NCBI RefSeq assembly: GCF_009914755.1
Contig: NC_060926.1
Length of the DNA stretch: 64,000 nucleotides
Strand: one strand, 5' to 3'
Source: the human T2T-CHM13v2.0 reference genome, Homo sapiens
Shown here: positions 27,324-41,065 of the stretch, one piece after another
Layout: every line of letters begins with the position of its first letter
How positions within the stretch are numbered: the first letter of the stretch is position 1
Program-made: the position numbers and the translations under genes
The notes under the pieces: model-generated
Told to the model about the DNA's origin: nothing
The model's database searches: none
The model's input: the letters and a program-made list of their open reading frames with translations, nothing else

Positions 27324-27727
27324 AAAAATGGACTCAGACTTCCCACAAGTCTTCTAGAAAGAACTCACCTGCCTCATCTGCCTGAATTACCTCATAGACC
27401 CCATCACTATAGGCTGTGGGCACAGTTTCTGTAGGCCCTACCTCTGCCTTTGCTGGGAAGAAGCACACACTCCTGCCCTGCGTGCAGGGAACTGTCACAG
27501 CAGGAAGATTTCAACCAATATTCTTCTGAATAATCTAGTGTCCATTGCCAGAAAAGCCAGTCTCTGGCAATTCCTAAGCTCTAATTAACAAATGTGCGGG
27601 ATCCACAGGGAGACAAAGATGTTCTGTGATGTGGGCAAGAGCCTGCTCTGTTTTCTGTGTTCTAACTCTCAGGAACACTGGGGCACAGAGACACTGGCCC
27701 ACTGAAGGGGCAGCTAAGGAACACTGT
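27324..27727 (+). pseudogene. Unprocessed pseudo-exon (first coding exon, RING + B-box) of a TRIM43/TRIM48/TRIM49/TRIM64-family gene, closest to TRIM43 as recalled
   Basis: Acceptor TTTTCTTCCCTCAG at 27323; ATG at 27328. Translates [51 protein letters not shown]…/[70 protein letters not shown]. Donor GTAAGT at 27728. Stops at 27355 (TAG) and 27586 (TAA), plus frameshifts. Confidence 0.93.
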
Positions 27728-28189
27728 GTAAGTGATGACTCAAAGCACTTTGAAAGCTGGAGGGCAGCACAGGTAAAGATATTAGGAGGAAGATGAAGAG
27801 CATGAGGATTAATCTATTCGTTACCGAGTGTCATGTCCTGCCTAGGTATCAGTGATATAACTGTTATCCTGCTATCAAATCTACTGATAAGTGGCTCATT
27901 TAACTTATATGCACTCATCACAATGCAAGAAATCCTCTGACTGCTCCTACCATCATGGCCCCTAGCCATGATATGACTTGTCTCCACACTAGCAGAAACT
28001 AATCAAGTCCCTATATTAGGGATAAGTGGCATTTATATATATATATATAATTTTTATATATAATTTTGTATGATATATAAAATATGAATATTTATACAAT
28101 ATATTATATACATATTATATATATCACAATGGCAAAAATGTATTGTCTTCGAAATAATCATAGTGCATTTGGAGAGACAAATGCATCTA

Positions 28190-28620
<431 letters not shown>

Positions 28621-28729
28621 GAAAGTTCTGGGTTATGACACAGAACATATGCAACATGAATATGTCATGGTTATGAACATGTAGATTACTCAAGATTGTG
28701 TATTTTTAAAATAATAGAATACTAGGTTA

Positions 28730-29320
28730 AAAAATTAGCATCACAGAATGAAAAATGAGCCACAAACTAGCAGAAGATAATTGTAACACATAAAAACAAA
28801 GGATTAAATACAATGGTAATATAATGATAGCTATTCTTACAAAGTTGTTTCTATGTCTCAGGTACTATTCTGAACAACATACGTGCATCTTGAATGCCTG
28901 AAGAATTCCTATATAAGAAAAACACAAACAACAACATTTAAAATGAGCAAAAAACCTGAATAGGAATTTCACAGAAGAGAAAACATAAATGGCCCATAAA
29001 CATAATAAAAGATGCTCAACTACAATTCTAATCAGGGAAATACACATTAAAACCCCAAAGAGATACCACTTCATACTCTAGGAAAAACCTAAAAGGCTGT
29101 GAATATCTAGTTTCATTGAGGAAGAACAATGGGAAGACTATTCACTGCTGGTGAGGGTGTAGATTGGTACAACTGCTTTGGAGAAGAGTTTGATGCCACT
29201 CAATAGAGCTGAACACACACATGCCCAATGACCAAGCAATTCCACTCCAGGTACATACTGTAAAAATACTCCTGCACATGTAGAATAGGAGACACTGCAT
29301 AACAAAGTTCACTAGAACAT
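28730..29320 (+). mobile_element. Old L1 (L1ME-like) fragment
   Basis: TTCACAGAAGAGAAAACATAAATGGCC…AGATGCTCAAC…ACCAAGCAATTCCACTCCAGGT. Confidence 0.75.
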
Positions 29321-29548
29321 GAGGCTGAGGTGGGAAGATGGCTTGAGACCAGGAGTTCGAGGCTGCACCAGTAGCTGGGACTATAAGCATGTGCCACCGT
29401 GCCTGGCTAATTTTTTGCTGTTGTGGTTGTTAGAGATGAGGTCTTCCTTTATTGAACAAGCTGGTCTCCAACTCCTGGCTTCAAGTGATCTTCCCACTTC
29501 TGCCTCCCAAAGTGCTGGGATTACAGGTGTGAGCCACCATGCCCAGCC
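29321..29548. mobile_element. Fused oppositely oriented Alu fragments
   Basis: Plus-strand piece 29321-29367 joined directly to a minus-strand piece 29368-29548. Confidence 0.85.
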
Positions 29549-32009
29549 AAGTTCTGCTTCTTAACCTGAGGTAGATACTTTGATGTTTCATTTTCCTTTA
29601 TTGTACAGATATACTTTATATTCTCATATGTGACACAAGTCAAAATTTAAAAAAACAATTCAACGTTTATTCCCTTTAGATGAATGATGGGCAAATTAAC
29701 ATAATGAATTCATTACTGAAATAATGTATAGATTTCAGACTAGGAAAGTAACTATTTACAAAAGAAAAGCTTAAAACCTGAAACAGAAACAAAATCCTGA
29801 AACTGTAAAATTGAGTCAAACTAAAATTTAAAAAACAAAGCAATGATATAAAGTATCATTTGTCCAAATGTGTTCTACAAAATGCTTTTTTCTTAAATAT
29901 GTCTGAGGAAAAACAGGTTCTAGGAGTAAAATATGTTTGAAAAATGCTGGGTTAAACAACTGAACCTATGAAGGAAGGAATAGAACTTCTCAAGCTCTTG
30001 ACTCTGGAATCTTTTTTACACGGCAATTAACACCATGCTTCTTCTTCGATTTGTATTTCATATAAACACAATCTGGGAAACATTTTATAATACAGAGGGC
30101 CACACCAGATTGAATATTGCCCCCAGGAATGAAATGGAAACAGGAATGGATTCTCCAGTAAGAGGTACCCAGATATCCTAATCTTCAGTAGCTGACCTAA
30201 ACCCTGGACAAGTGGGATCAAACCCCATAACCAAATACAACTTTTTAGGAACTAAGTGGATAACCGCTCTGTGTTGTATGAACATGTGGGCAGTGTGTTT
30301 CCTACACAGCTTAAAAGTGCAACAAAAAAAGATCTAGGTGTCATATAAAGAATTTCTACCACAGTTAGGGTAATGGTGGACTGACAGGCAGAGGGTCTTA
30401 GATGTGACTTAAGTAAATTTCAACAGAAGCTTCCAGCACAGATATTCATGTTTCGAATTGGACCGCTCAGTTAAAAAGTTTTCCCACTAGACTTCCCCTA
30501 ATCAAATTAGAAATTATCTAATTTTCTAATAAAGTTTTCCCCAGGCATAAGGAATCTGTGAACTGGACCTAAAAAATTCTTCATAATGTGCTTTTATTAC
30601 CATAAAAGATGCATATTTATTTTAAAAACTTCTCTACACCACTATCATAAACATTTGCACACACTTATTTCTTTTGGAAGCTAACTTCTGAGTGGTAATG
30701 AAATATATTCTTAAGAAAAAAGTCTGACACAATGCCTTTGCATCTTAAAATATGTTAAAATATTATTTGAAAAGAGTCAAATGTCTGTCTTTTCAGGGTA
30801 TCACAGGGTGTCAAACTGGAAAATGTGGCACTGCCAGGAGTTTCTACCTGGTGAAGGGTGGCAGACTTTTCTCTTCAGAGGGCTCTTGACAGGGTAGCAT
30901 CCATTATCTTGCCAATTTACCACAACCTAGGCCCAATCCTCAGTCTTATAGATTCAGAAATTTATTTTTATCAGCATCAATAGGGTAGCTACATTGCTTA
31001 GAAGAAAACAAAATTAACCATGCTTCAACAGAAATCAGGATATAGATGTATTAATACAGAATGACAAATATAACTGTGACAGAAATAGGAATGCCTGTTT
31101 ATGGTCATATACGGCCAATACTTTCATTACAGCCAGACTCATACATGCAGACAAATAAGCGGCCCCTGGATAGACACGGAATCAGAATAAAAAAAGAACT
31201 GAACATTTAATAGTCTTCTTTCATTCAATCAATAAGTTTTTTTAATTAAGCAACTACTATGTCCAGGTAACCTTCTAGGTCCTGGGGATACAGAGGTCTC
31301 TGCTTACAGAAGTCATATGTAAGTAGCAGGTGAAGAGTATGTGTTTCACAGAAGTTTATTACAATATATTAACAAGAGGAAAAAATTTTGGAAGCAATCT
31401 AAATGTTCAGTAATAGAGCTCCAATTAAATAACAATAAATCCAAATAATAAAAAATAATGTAGCCCTTTAAGAATAAGCACTTGCAAGCCATAATTCATG
31501 ACATGGGAAAATTATCATAATGGAAAAAGAAGCAAGCTATATATAGTGCATGATCCTATACACACACACACATACATACATATTTCCTATCCCTTTATAT
31601 GCATAAGAAAACAAGCGGGAGGAAAGTCATATCTTTAGTCAAGTCTTGTTTACTAACGTACGATTAATGATTATCTTTTTTTGTTTATACCTTTTTGCAT
31701 TTTTCAATTTCCTAAAATAGCCTTACATGCCTTTTATCACCAGGAGAAAAATTACTTCTAAAGTAATTTCAGTCAACATGCATACTAAGAACTCTTCAGA
31801 TTTATCTATTAGAAGCTGTGCATGAATGCCAGTTCTTGCATTTGTCTTGGAAATCACAGAGAGCTCTTTTCCCATGGCTTTAAGCAATACTCAAAAAGAC
31901 TAGCATACCTGAATTTCCTAGTCCTATGTTTTTTTCATCCAACAGCCAGTCTTGTATTTCTAGCTGTTTTCTAAACATTTCAACCAAACCATTTTATAGA
32001 TAACTCATA

Positions 32010-32324
32010 CAGTCATCCTTTGATATGCATGGGGAATTTGTTCCAGGATACCCCTTGTATACCAAAATCCATGGATGCTCAAGTTACTGGTATAAAATAG
32101 TGTAGTATTTGCATATAACCTACACATATCCTCCTATATACTTTACATCATCTCTAGATTACTTAATAACACTTAACACGATGTAAATGCTATGTAAATA
32201 GTTGGTATACCATGTTGTTTTTTACTTGTATCATTTTTTCATTGTATTGTTTTTTCTGACAATTTTGTTCCACAGTTGTTTGAATCGGTGGATGCAGAAC
32301 CCATGAATATGGAGAGTCAATTGC
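32010..32324. mobile_element. MER2 (Tigger-derived non-autonomous DNA transposon)
   Basis: CAGTCATCCTTTGATATGCATGGGG…ATACCAAAATCCATGGATGCTCAAGT…GGATGCAGAACCCATGAATATGGAGAG. Confidence 0.85.
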
Positions 32325-33770
32325 ATTTCATTATGCCCAAAGGTAAATGCATAACTTTTTCCGCACAGCTAATCTTCTAGCAACCCCATTGCTGTCCATG
32401 GCAAGCAGGCTTAGTTAATCTCACCCTTTCCCATTTCAGGTTCATTAAAAAACTCTTGTCAAAATCTCTTTCATCCCACCTTATTCTTCATTCTCACTTC
32501 CATCAGCATATCAGTCCAGGCCCTAGTAACATTAATGTTACTAATGGCACTGTTAGTAACATTACTTACCAGCATTCAAGTGGGTCTTCCTGATGCCATC
32601 CTTTCCCATCCTGCAATCACTGCTCTTTATATAGAACTTGTATGATGTCATTCATTGGCTCAAAAACTTTTAAAGCCTTCCTTTTTCTACCACCCCGATC
32701 TAAATTTCTATGCCTGGCTTTTATTAAAACCCAGAATTTGGCCCCACCCTAGCTATTTAACTTTATTTTCCACTATTCGGCAGTCTCCTCCCTCATCAAC
32801 GAGAAGACATACCATAATCAACCTCACCACTAACCCTTGGAACATCTAAACTTAAAAATGGTCCTTCCTTTCCCCTTTACTTGTATTTAAGGAACCTGAC
32901 GAATTATTCCTCCTCTGCTAAACTTTTCACAATTTCTTCAACCTCATTTATGTTTCACATTTTCAGAACATATCTTGCCGTTTATTAGGAATTTCACAAT
33001 TAGACACTCTCATGTAGATAGATTTACAATCATGTATGTTGTCATCTTCTATTAAATTCCATACTCCTTGAAGGCAGGAGCCATGCCTTATTCTGTCCCC
33101 CAGAGTACTCAGAATGATGCAGAGCACACAGAAAGTACTCAAATCTTGTTGACTGATCCAGTGAGAAATGACCAACTTCAGTTCCAGCCTCTCTTTAACA
33201 TGTACATAGCAATTTGGGCAAGTCAAGCTCCATCCTGAAGGACATAATAGGGGACTCTTTAAGCACATTATTATGAAGGTCCTTCAGGGATAACACCAGA
33301 GTGATGAGGTGCCCTATACCAGGGATAATGGAGACAGAGTTCTTCGGATTCATCACTGGGGTCCTCAAAGTATCTTCCAAGGGCATAATAAGGAAGGACT
33401 CAAACACCTTTGAATCTCCATGAGACCAGGCATGAGGTCTTTTGAAAGAGTTCTTTAACTGGAGTGAATACTAAAGAGAAGTATAATAAAATAAAAGACC
33501 TGAGTAGGGTCTCCCTTGTTCATAAAATGACACTATCTAAATCACCAAATCTCACTGAGCCTTGGTTTAACTCAAGAGGTTCCATGCCACTATAAGAGGT
33601 GGTAACTGCCAACTGATAGGAAATATTTTCATATGCATAGTCATAGTGCCCCGTATTTATGAACTTCTTAAGAGTCTTCAAAAAGCTTTCTATATACATT
33701 ATCCTTTACTTTCTAACTTTTCTAAATACAAGGTGAGAGAGACACAAGTGTTCTATCAAAACAGAATCTT

Positions 33771-34073
<303 letters not shown>

Positions 34074-36051
34074 AAGACTTTTGCAAGGACCATGTCCCAC
34101 CCAGAATGGTGCCTGCCTTTCTACAGTTTTTCAGGAAGAGGAAACATTTTCTGCTTCTCTTGCTGAGGTTTTTTTTAACCACCCATTAGGAACGTATAGA
34201 TTTCAGGATGGAACACTGGGATTCCCTCAGCACTAAAGGAGGAAAATTGCAAACAGAGCTGAAAGTGCAATGTGGAAAGGTCAGGCTGAGGAAGGTTCTT
34301 AGCCAGTAGACCAAGGGCAGAAAGGACACTGCCTCCTCAGTCTCCCACTAGGGAACTTGTGATTATTGTCCCCTGACCTCAGAATTCCTTATCATGTTTG
34401 TTTTGTCTCCAAGGGAAGGGTTTGAATTACAGAATTTAAGGCTAGAGTGGGCCTCCTGCAGTTAACATTAACCCTCTCTCTCCTTTGCTGACCGAGGTGA
34501 AGTCTGGGACCATGTAGTTCTGACGTCCACTCTCTCGGGGGATCACCAGTTCACCCACCTCACCCGGCAAGCTGGGCCCTAGTTTGGCGACAGGCATCTT
34601 CCACCCACCTGGGAGGCAGGGTTCAACACTCTGACCTTTTTTCCTTCCTCTGCCACCTGCTTAGGCAGCCAGAAGGGGTTGTCCAGCCAGCACCTGGGCT
34701 TTGGTGCTCCTCAAGCAGGTGGAGGAAGTTTCAGGCACCTGGCTCCTCAGGTGTCTGCCATCCAGCTGCTCTTCAGGCCTGCCCAGCAGAGCTCTCTTGA
34801 TCCAGCTAGAACTGGCCAGAACTGACTCACTCAGGAATGTGTAGACTTTGACATCAGGGGCTGCTTTAATTTGCACAATTTCCAAATACCTCTTTTTTCT
34901 TCTTTTTCTGATAAGTCATCTCCCTAGACTTCCATTTTAAAGAGATAGATAGTTATCAGGTTCCAGAGAAGACATGGTAGAACATTTATATCTCAAAGAC
35001 ACAGAGCTGAGACTTCAGGTTTAGATATTATAATTTGCCTAAACCAAAAAGGAAGGTGTAGGTAAAGTTCTAGTCAAGACAGGATGGCCAGGAAAAACAC
35101 CTAAAACCAAGGGATGGCTTGCTTTGCTGAACTAAGCCAATGGCTTCTTTATCATAAGACTTCCCAGTGATTTAGTCCTCCCTCTCTTCCAGTGCACAGA
35201 GACATACCCCTCCTTACAAATAAAAATGTTCTTTATAGATGGAAATTTATTTTACAAAAATGTTTCAAAATAACCAGATGAAAATCATCCTTATGCCAGA
35301 AAGACTTGTTTTTTTTTTCATTACTAGAAATGAAACAGTAAGTATTTGTTGTATTGACATACTTGGGCTTAGACCTATGTTTAACAAGAAAGCCTAATAA
35401 TAGCACTGTGGTTAGACTGTAGCCTATTTTTCCAAACCATCATTTTATTATTAAGGAAAGAAAGGATCAAATACCTTTCATTCATCTGATATGATCCTTT
35501 AAAACACATTCCACTAATAAGTCCCATTTGGAACAGCTGAAAATCTTTTAATAAAACTTTTTAAAGATGAGCTCATGGCTTAGTGTAAATTTCACAAGCT
35601 TAATTAGGTCAAATGGAAGGAACTCAGATGAGTAGTTGCCCAATCAGAGCCCATTATTTGTAAGTCATCAGCCCCCTTCATGACCTTAAAACTCCACTCT
35701 GACCTAATTATTGCCAACCTATATACAACAAAGTGAAAGAATTACTTTTCATTCATCAACCTCTCAATCCCAGATTTTCAAAGAAAAAACCTATGTAAGG
35801 AATACTTACCAAAACCAGACAGGAAAATTAGAGCCTGCATACTTAAGAGTCAAATTTGTTCCACTACAGCCAGGTCACATACAATTACATCATTTGGTTC
35901 TTCATACACTCTGGAACTAACCAGGACAGAGTTTAGCATAGAAAAACTGTAAGAAATAGGTTCCGAAACATAGAAATTGCGAAGTCCAAAAGTCTATGAA
36001 AAAAACTAATGTAAATGAGAGACTCCCCTCCCTTTGTTTTAAAGAAATAGA

Positions 36052-36810
36052 CCCATCAGAGAAATGCAAATCAAAACCACAATGAGATACCATCTCACAC
36101 TAGTTAGAATGGCGATCATTAAAAAGTCAGGAAAGAGCAGGTGATGGAGAGGATGTGGAGAAATAGGAACATTTTCACACTGTTGGTGGGACTGTAAACT
36201 AGTTCAACCATTGTGGAAGACAGTGTGGCCATTCCTCAGGGATGTAGAACTAGAAATACCATTTGACCCAGCCATCCCACTACTGGGCATATACCCAAAG
36301 GATTATAAATCATGCTGCTATAAAGACACATGCACACATATGTTTATTGCAGCACTATTCACAATAGCAAAGACTTGGAACCAACCCAAATGTCCAAAAA
36401 TGATAGACTGGATTAAGAAAATATGGCACATACACGCCATGGAATACTATGCATCCATAAAAAATGATGAGTTCATGTCTTTTCTAGGGACATGGATGAA
36501 GCTGGAAACCATCATTCTCAGCAAACTATCGCAAGGACAAAAAACCAAACACCACATGTTCTCACTCATAGGTGGGAATTGAACAATGAGAACACTTGGA
36601 CACAGGAAGGGGAACATCACACACCAGGGCCTGTTGTGGGGTGGGGGGAGGGGGGAGGGATAGCATTAGGAGATATGCCTAATGTAAATGATGAGTTAAT
36701 GGGTGCAGCACACCAACATGGCATATGTATACATATGCAACAAACCTGCACATTGTGCATGTGTACCCTAGAATTTAAAGTATAATTAAAAAATATAAAA
36801 AAATAAAAAA
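36052..36810 (+). mobile_element. 5'-truncated L1PA (~760 bp)
   Basis: ORF2 C-terminus ([27 protein letters not shown]…HMFSLIGGN), 3' UTR and A tail; TSD AAAGAAATAGA at 36041-36051 and 36809-36819. Confidence 0.96.
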
Positions 36811-39679
36811 AGAAATAGATGTTCTGTAAAAATATACACAATTTTTACAGACAAATACATTTATAAGTTGTTTTTAATCTTAAAAATTGGGGATATTTCA
36901 TATTTATAACTAATTATTGAGCCTTAAGTTTTCTTGGCCATTTCTAGGCTAATAAACTAAGAATCATGTAAACTAAGCCAAAGCAGAATAGACATAAAAG
37001 TCCTGAACACTTCAACTTCCTATCCTTCAAGAAGTATACCTCGCAAAGCTCATTTGAGAGAGGAAAAGCTTTCCTCCACCCTCTGTTTTACAACGCTGAG
37101 GCTTCTCATCACATTTCTATGACGTGTAGCTTAAATCCATGTTACATGGTCACTGGCATTGTTAGTGCTTCTCTTTTAACACTGTAGGAATTAATCAATT
37201 TGGTGGCATATTTAATTAATTCTATCACTAGAGAATTGTAAAGTTACATATATGAATACCTCACTTTAGAGGCCACTTAATTTTTTTCCAAGGGGATATT
37301 TGACTATATTTCACTTGTGTTTTATTTAATGATTTTATAATTTAAACCGTAAATTATAAATCTAGAATTTAGAAAGTATATTTCCCCACTGGATTACATT
37401 TTTGGAAATATTATTTTATATGTGCACAAATATTACAAAATCACTGTAGACACCTGAAAACTATATTATCTTTTAAAGGCAATATTTACATTAAACTGGT
37501 ATAAAAAAATTGTTTGGTGCATTTTTTCCAGTACATTTTGTGTATATTACATGTTTAACCTTTTTTTATCCAGCAAATAATTTTTGAGTATCTACTAAGT
37601 GCTAGGTTCTGCATTACCAACTGAATTTAAAGAGTGAAATAACAGACATGGTCTCAGACAATAAAAATTAACATTAGGTCAACTATTTATATATTTTAAA
37701 ATGGTAATTATGAAAACTTTTTGAGATTTTTAACTAGATAACATTATAATAACACACTTGATGTTGTTAATATTTGCCAGTGAGCAAAAAAGAAAATAAA
37801 AAGATGATTTTATTCAATATACACTTTAAAATTGCAGAAAGTAGTCAAGTTTCTCTGCTTTGCAGTTGAATGTCTATGTGTTTTTCTCTGCAACTTGGCT
37901 TTTGTGGAGTGAAACAATTATTCTTCCAGCCCAATGAAGGCAGAAGAGTAACAATAAATCTAATTTTTAAATGCTTATCAAAAGATAGTAAACACATTAT
38001 TTCAGAATACTGAGATCAATAAGTTGACCTACATAAAAAGCCAAACTGACAGTATCACTGAATAAGGAAAGGCCCAAAGAGACAAAATACTTTTTAATTT
38101 GTAACCTCGGTATGACACAACTTACCCTAACTATAAAGACCCTAAATTACCAAGATGGGTGCTTATAATATGGAGAGTAAAAAAAGTCATTTCACTTTTA
38201 GCTTTTTTATTTCTCTCTGAATAAAAACTGTATAAGGAGTTGATAAAGAAGTTGATACTATAAGTTAGTACTACAATGACAGCACTTTTCAAGAAAAGAC
38301 TTTTTTCTCTCTTACAAATATCATGTTAGCAGTATTTGTTTTCTCCAGAAATAAAGAGGAAATAAAAACATAAGTATGTGGGTAATTAGTGTAGTTTCTT
38401 AAAGAGATGAGTTAGGCAACAGGCTAATAATGTATACTTCGCTGGCTTTTGAATGCCAACAATCATATTCTTTATAAGGCACAGAGAAGATTTTTCTGAA
38501 GAATAAGTATGTGAACCTGAAAAGTAATCACCACTTGGTAGTGACAATATGGATAGGGTGAAGGGCGTCACCAAGAAGCAATGAAAAGGTACATTTGCAG
38601 TTCAATTTGAAAACCATGATGTTTAATACATATAGTAATAAAGAATACTTTCTCCTATTTCAAAATTATTTTAGAATTTAAGATAGAAGCTAAAATACCT
38701 AGGGATAATGATATGACTATCAAAAATTAAAAATTAAAGGACATTTTGAGTATTATAAGTTAAGAATGAGAACTTATTACCCAATGAACAGGGGATAATT
38801 CATTATGCTCCATATCAATTGAATTAAAAGACAGGCCCATTACCTGGATAATTTGAAAGTTTAATTTTATTTAAAAGTCTTGTTTCATTCATCAAGCTAA
38901 AGGATTAGCTCCCAGAAATATTCTAGGATTACATATCCCCAATCTGTAGGAAGTATAGAAAGAATGTTATAAGGGCCACCATCTAAACATTATTATGTAA
39001 ATAATTTAGTACCATTCCATTTGCCTTTGTAGATTTAAAAATGTAAATGGCTTTCTCATATTAGGAAACATCATTTTTCAAAACCCAGATAAACATAGTA
39101 TATTGCAAGAGAATAATTATTTTCTTTATTAAAAAAGAAATACTGGATGCTAAGTCCAAAAGACATAAATTATTTTATACTAATAACTACTTTTATTCAT
39201 TAAAATATAAAGGTCAAAGATTTCAAAATGATCTTTAAATGATTAATAACATGTTCATCTTTTTCTTCTTTCTGTAAACCTTTTTGTGTCTTAACAATAC
39301 TAAACTCTACAAGCAATATTAAACAGTATATAAACTTAGATTAAAATATTCAAATTTACTAGAATGTGGACATTGGAAAGAATGAAAATAAAGAGAAGCA
39401 TAAAGCAGCAGATATAAAATTAAGAAAGCAACTAAGAGTGTTTAAAGTACATATTCATCTGTAGTCTAATGTCTACCATAAACAATGACTCTTCTCAGTA
39501 AAACACAAATTGTTCATGAAGGGAAAAAGCATGTTGTATTAGAGAATATTCAACATAACTTTTTTAGTACTAACTTGTGCCTGGAGTATTATTGGTTTTT
39601 CTATTATGAACTTATGCACTTGATAATTTTTTTCATAAAAATTGTATGTACAACTCCATTCAAAAGCAGTTTTTGGTGG

Positions 39680-39865
39680 GTTTTTTTTTTTTTTTTTTTG
39701 AGACAGAATTTTGCTCTTTTCACCCAGGCTGGAGGGCAATGGTGCGAACTTGGCTCACAGCATTGCCATGTTGATCAGGCTGGTCTTGAACTCCTGACCT
39801 GAGGTAATCCACCCACCTTGGCCTCCCAAAGTGCTGGGTATGGGCAAGAGCCACCATACCCGGCC
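39680..39865 (-). mobile_element. Internally deleted AluS
   Basis: Middle of the Alu missing at ~39760; TSD TCAAAAGCAGTTTT at 39660-39673 and 39866-39879. Confidence 0.9.
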
Positions 39866-40237
39866 TCAAAAGCAGTTTTGAAAAGCAAACACAATATAAC
39901 ACCAAAGTTGAAAAATCCATGCTCACCCAAGGATGCCAGGTTTAATAAATTATTTATAGAATACTGCATCAAAAATAAGACAATAACCCAAAATATACCA
40001 TTAAAGATGTATCCACTCCTACAACTAGAGATAATTAATCTATCTGGTAGCAAGTGATACTTCAATCAGTTTCAGCATGTCTGAAATCTTTAAGGACAAA
40101 AGTGGTAAAACATGACTTCATTCTTCATTAGACTCTTAGAACACTTGAAGGAAAATAATTTCTGAAGCACAAAGTGGTAAAGAGGTGTAATCTTTCAAAA
40201 AGATATTCAGTGTTCAAAATCCAAGAGTGCAATATCA

Positions 40238-40532
40238 GGCTGGGTGCGGTGGTTTATGCCTGTAATCCCAGCACTTTGGGAGGCCATGGTGGGTGGATCA
40301 CCTGAGGTCAGGAGTTCGAGACCAGCCTGGACAACAGGGTGAAACTCTGACTGTACTAAAAATACAAAAATTAGCCAGGCATGGTGGTGTGCACCTGTAG
40401 TCCTAGCTACTTGGGGGTCTGAGACAGGAAAATCGTTTGAACCTGGGAGGTGGAGGTTGCAGTGAACCGAGATCATGCCACCTCACTCCAGCATCAGTTA
40501 CAGAATGTGATTCCATCTCAGAAAAAAAAAAA
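40238..40532 (+). mobile_element. AluS
   Basis: Full dimer; TSD AGTGCAATATCA / AGTGTAATATCA. Confidence 0.95.
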
Positions 40533-41065
40533 GTGTAATATCATATCGGTATACACAGAAAATATACTGAATGAAACAAATATAATAATTTGAAGAGGTA
40601 TCTTGATGAACAAGGAGTCATTAGAAAGGTTGTATTCATGTCTTTGAAGGAAATTGCAATGTGAGAAATTAATACTTTGACTACTATACTAAAAGTTTAT
40701 TGCTAACATCTATTGAGTTATTAACGTGTGTTAGGCAGAGTACCACATAATTTCCAAGTGTTATCTCATTTATTCTAGGTAAAATGTAATTTCAAACTCT
40801 GGGAGTATAAATGAATTAGATAGAATAAAATTCTATTTAAATGGCCATCAGTAAATCGGTATCTAGGAACAGGGTGATACAGTGGCCAAGTTTTCTATTC
40901 TTACTAATTGTTGTGTTTCATTTTCAATGTTTTCTTGAATATTGCCCTTTTTTGGTGACTGATTTTTTTTTATTTTAGAAAACTAATAAACTGACTCTTC
41001 TTGGTACTGACTCTTGGGTTTTATAGAAGAAAAAGTAATTAAATTCTGTACATTTACCTTTACCT

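Noticed and set aside
34661-34885. 74-aa minus-strand ORF in a GC-richer patch
   Set aside because: No recognisable domain, a non-ATG start and no convincing splice sites.
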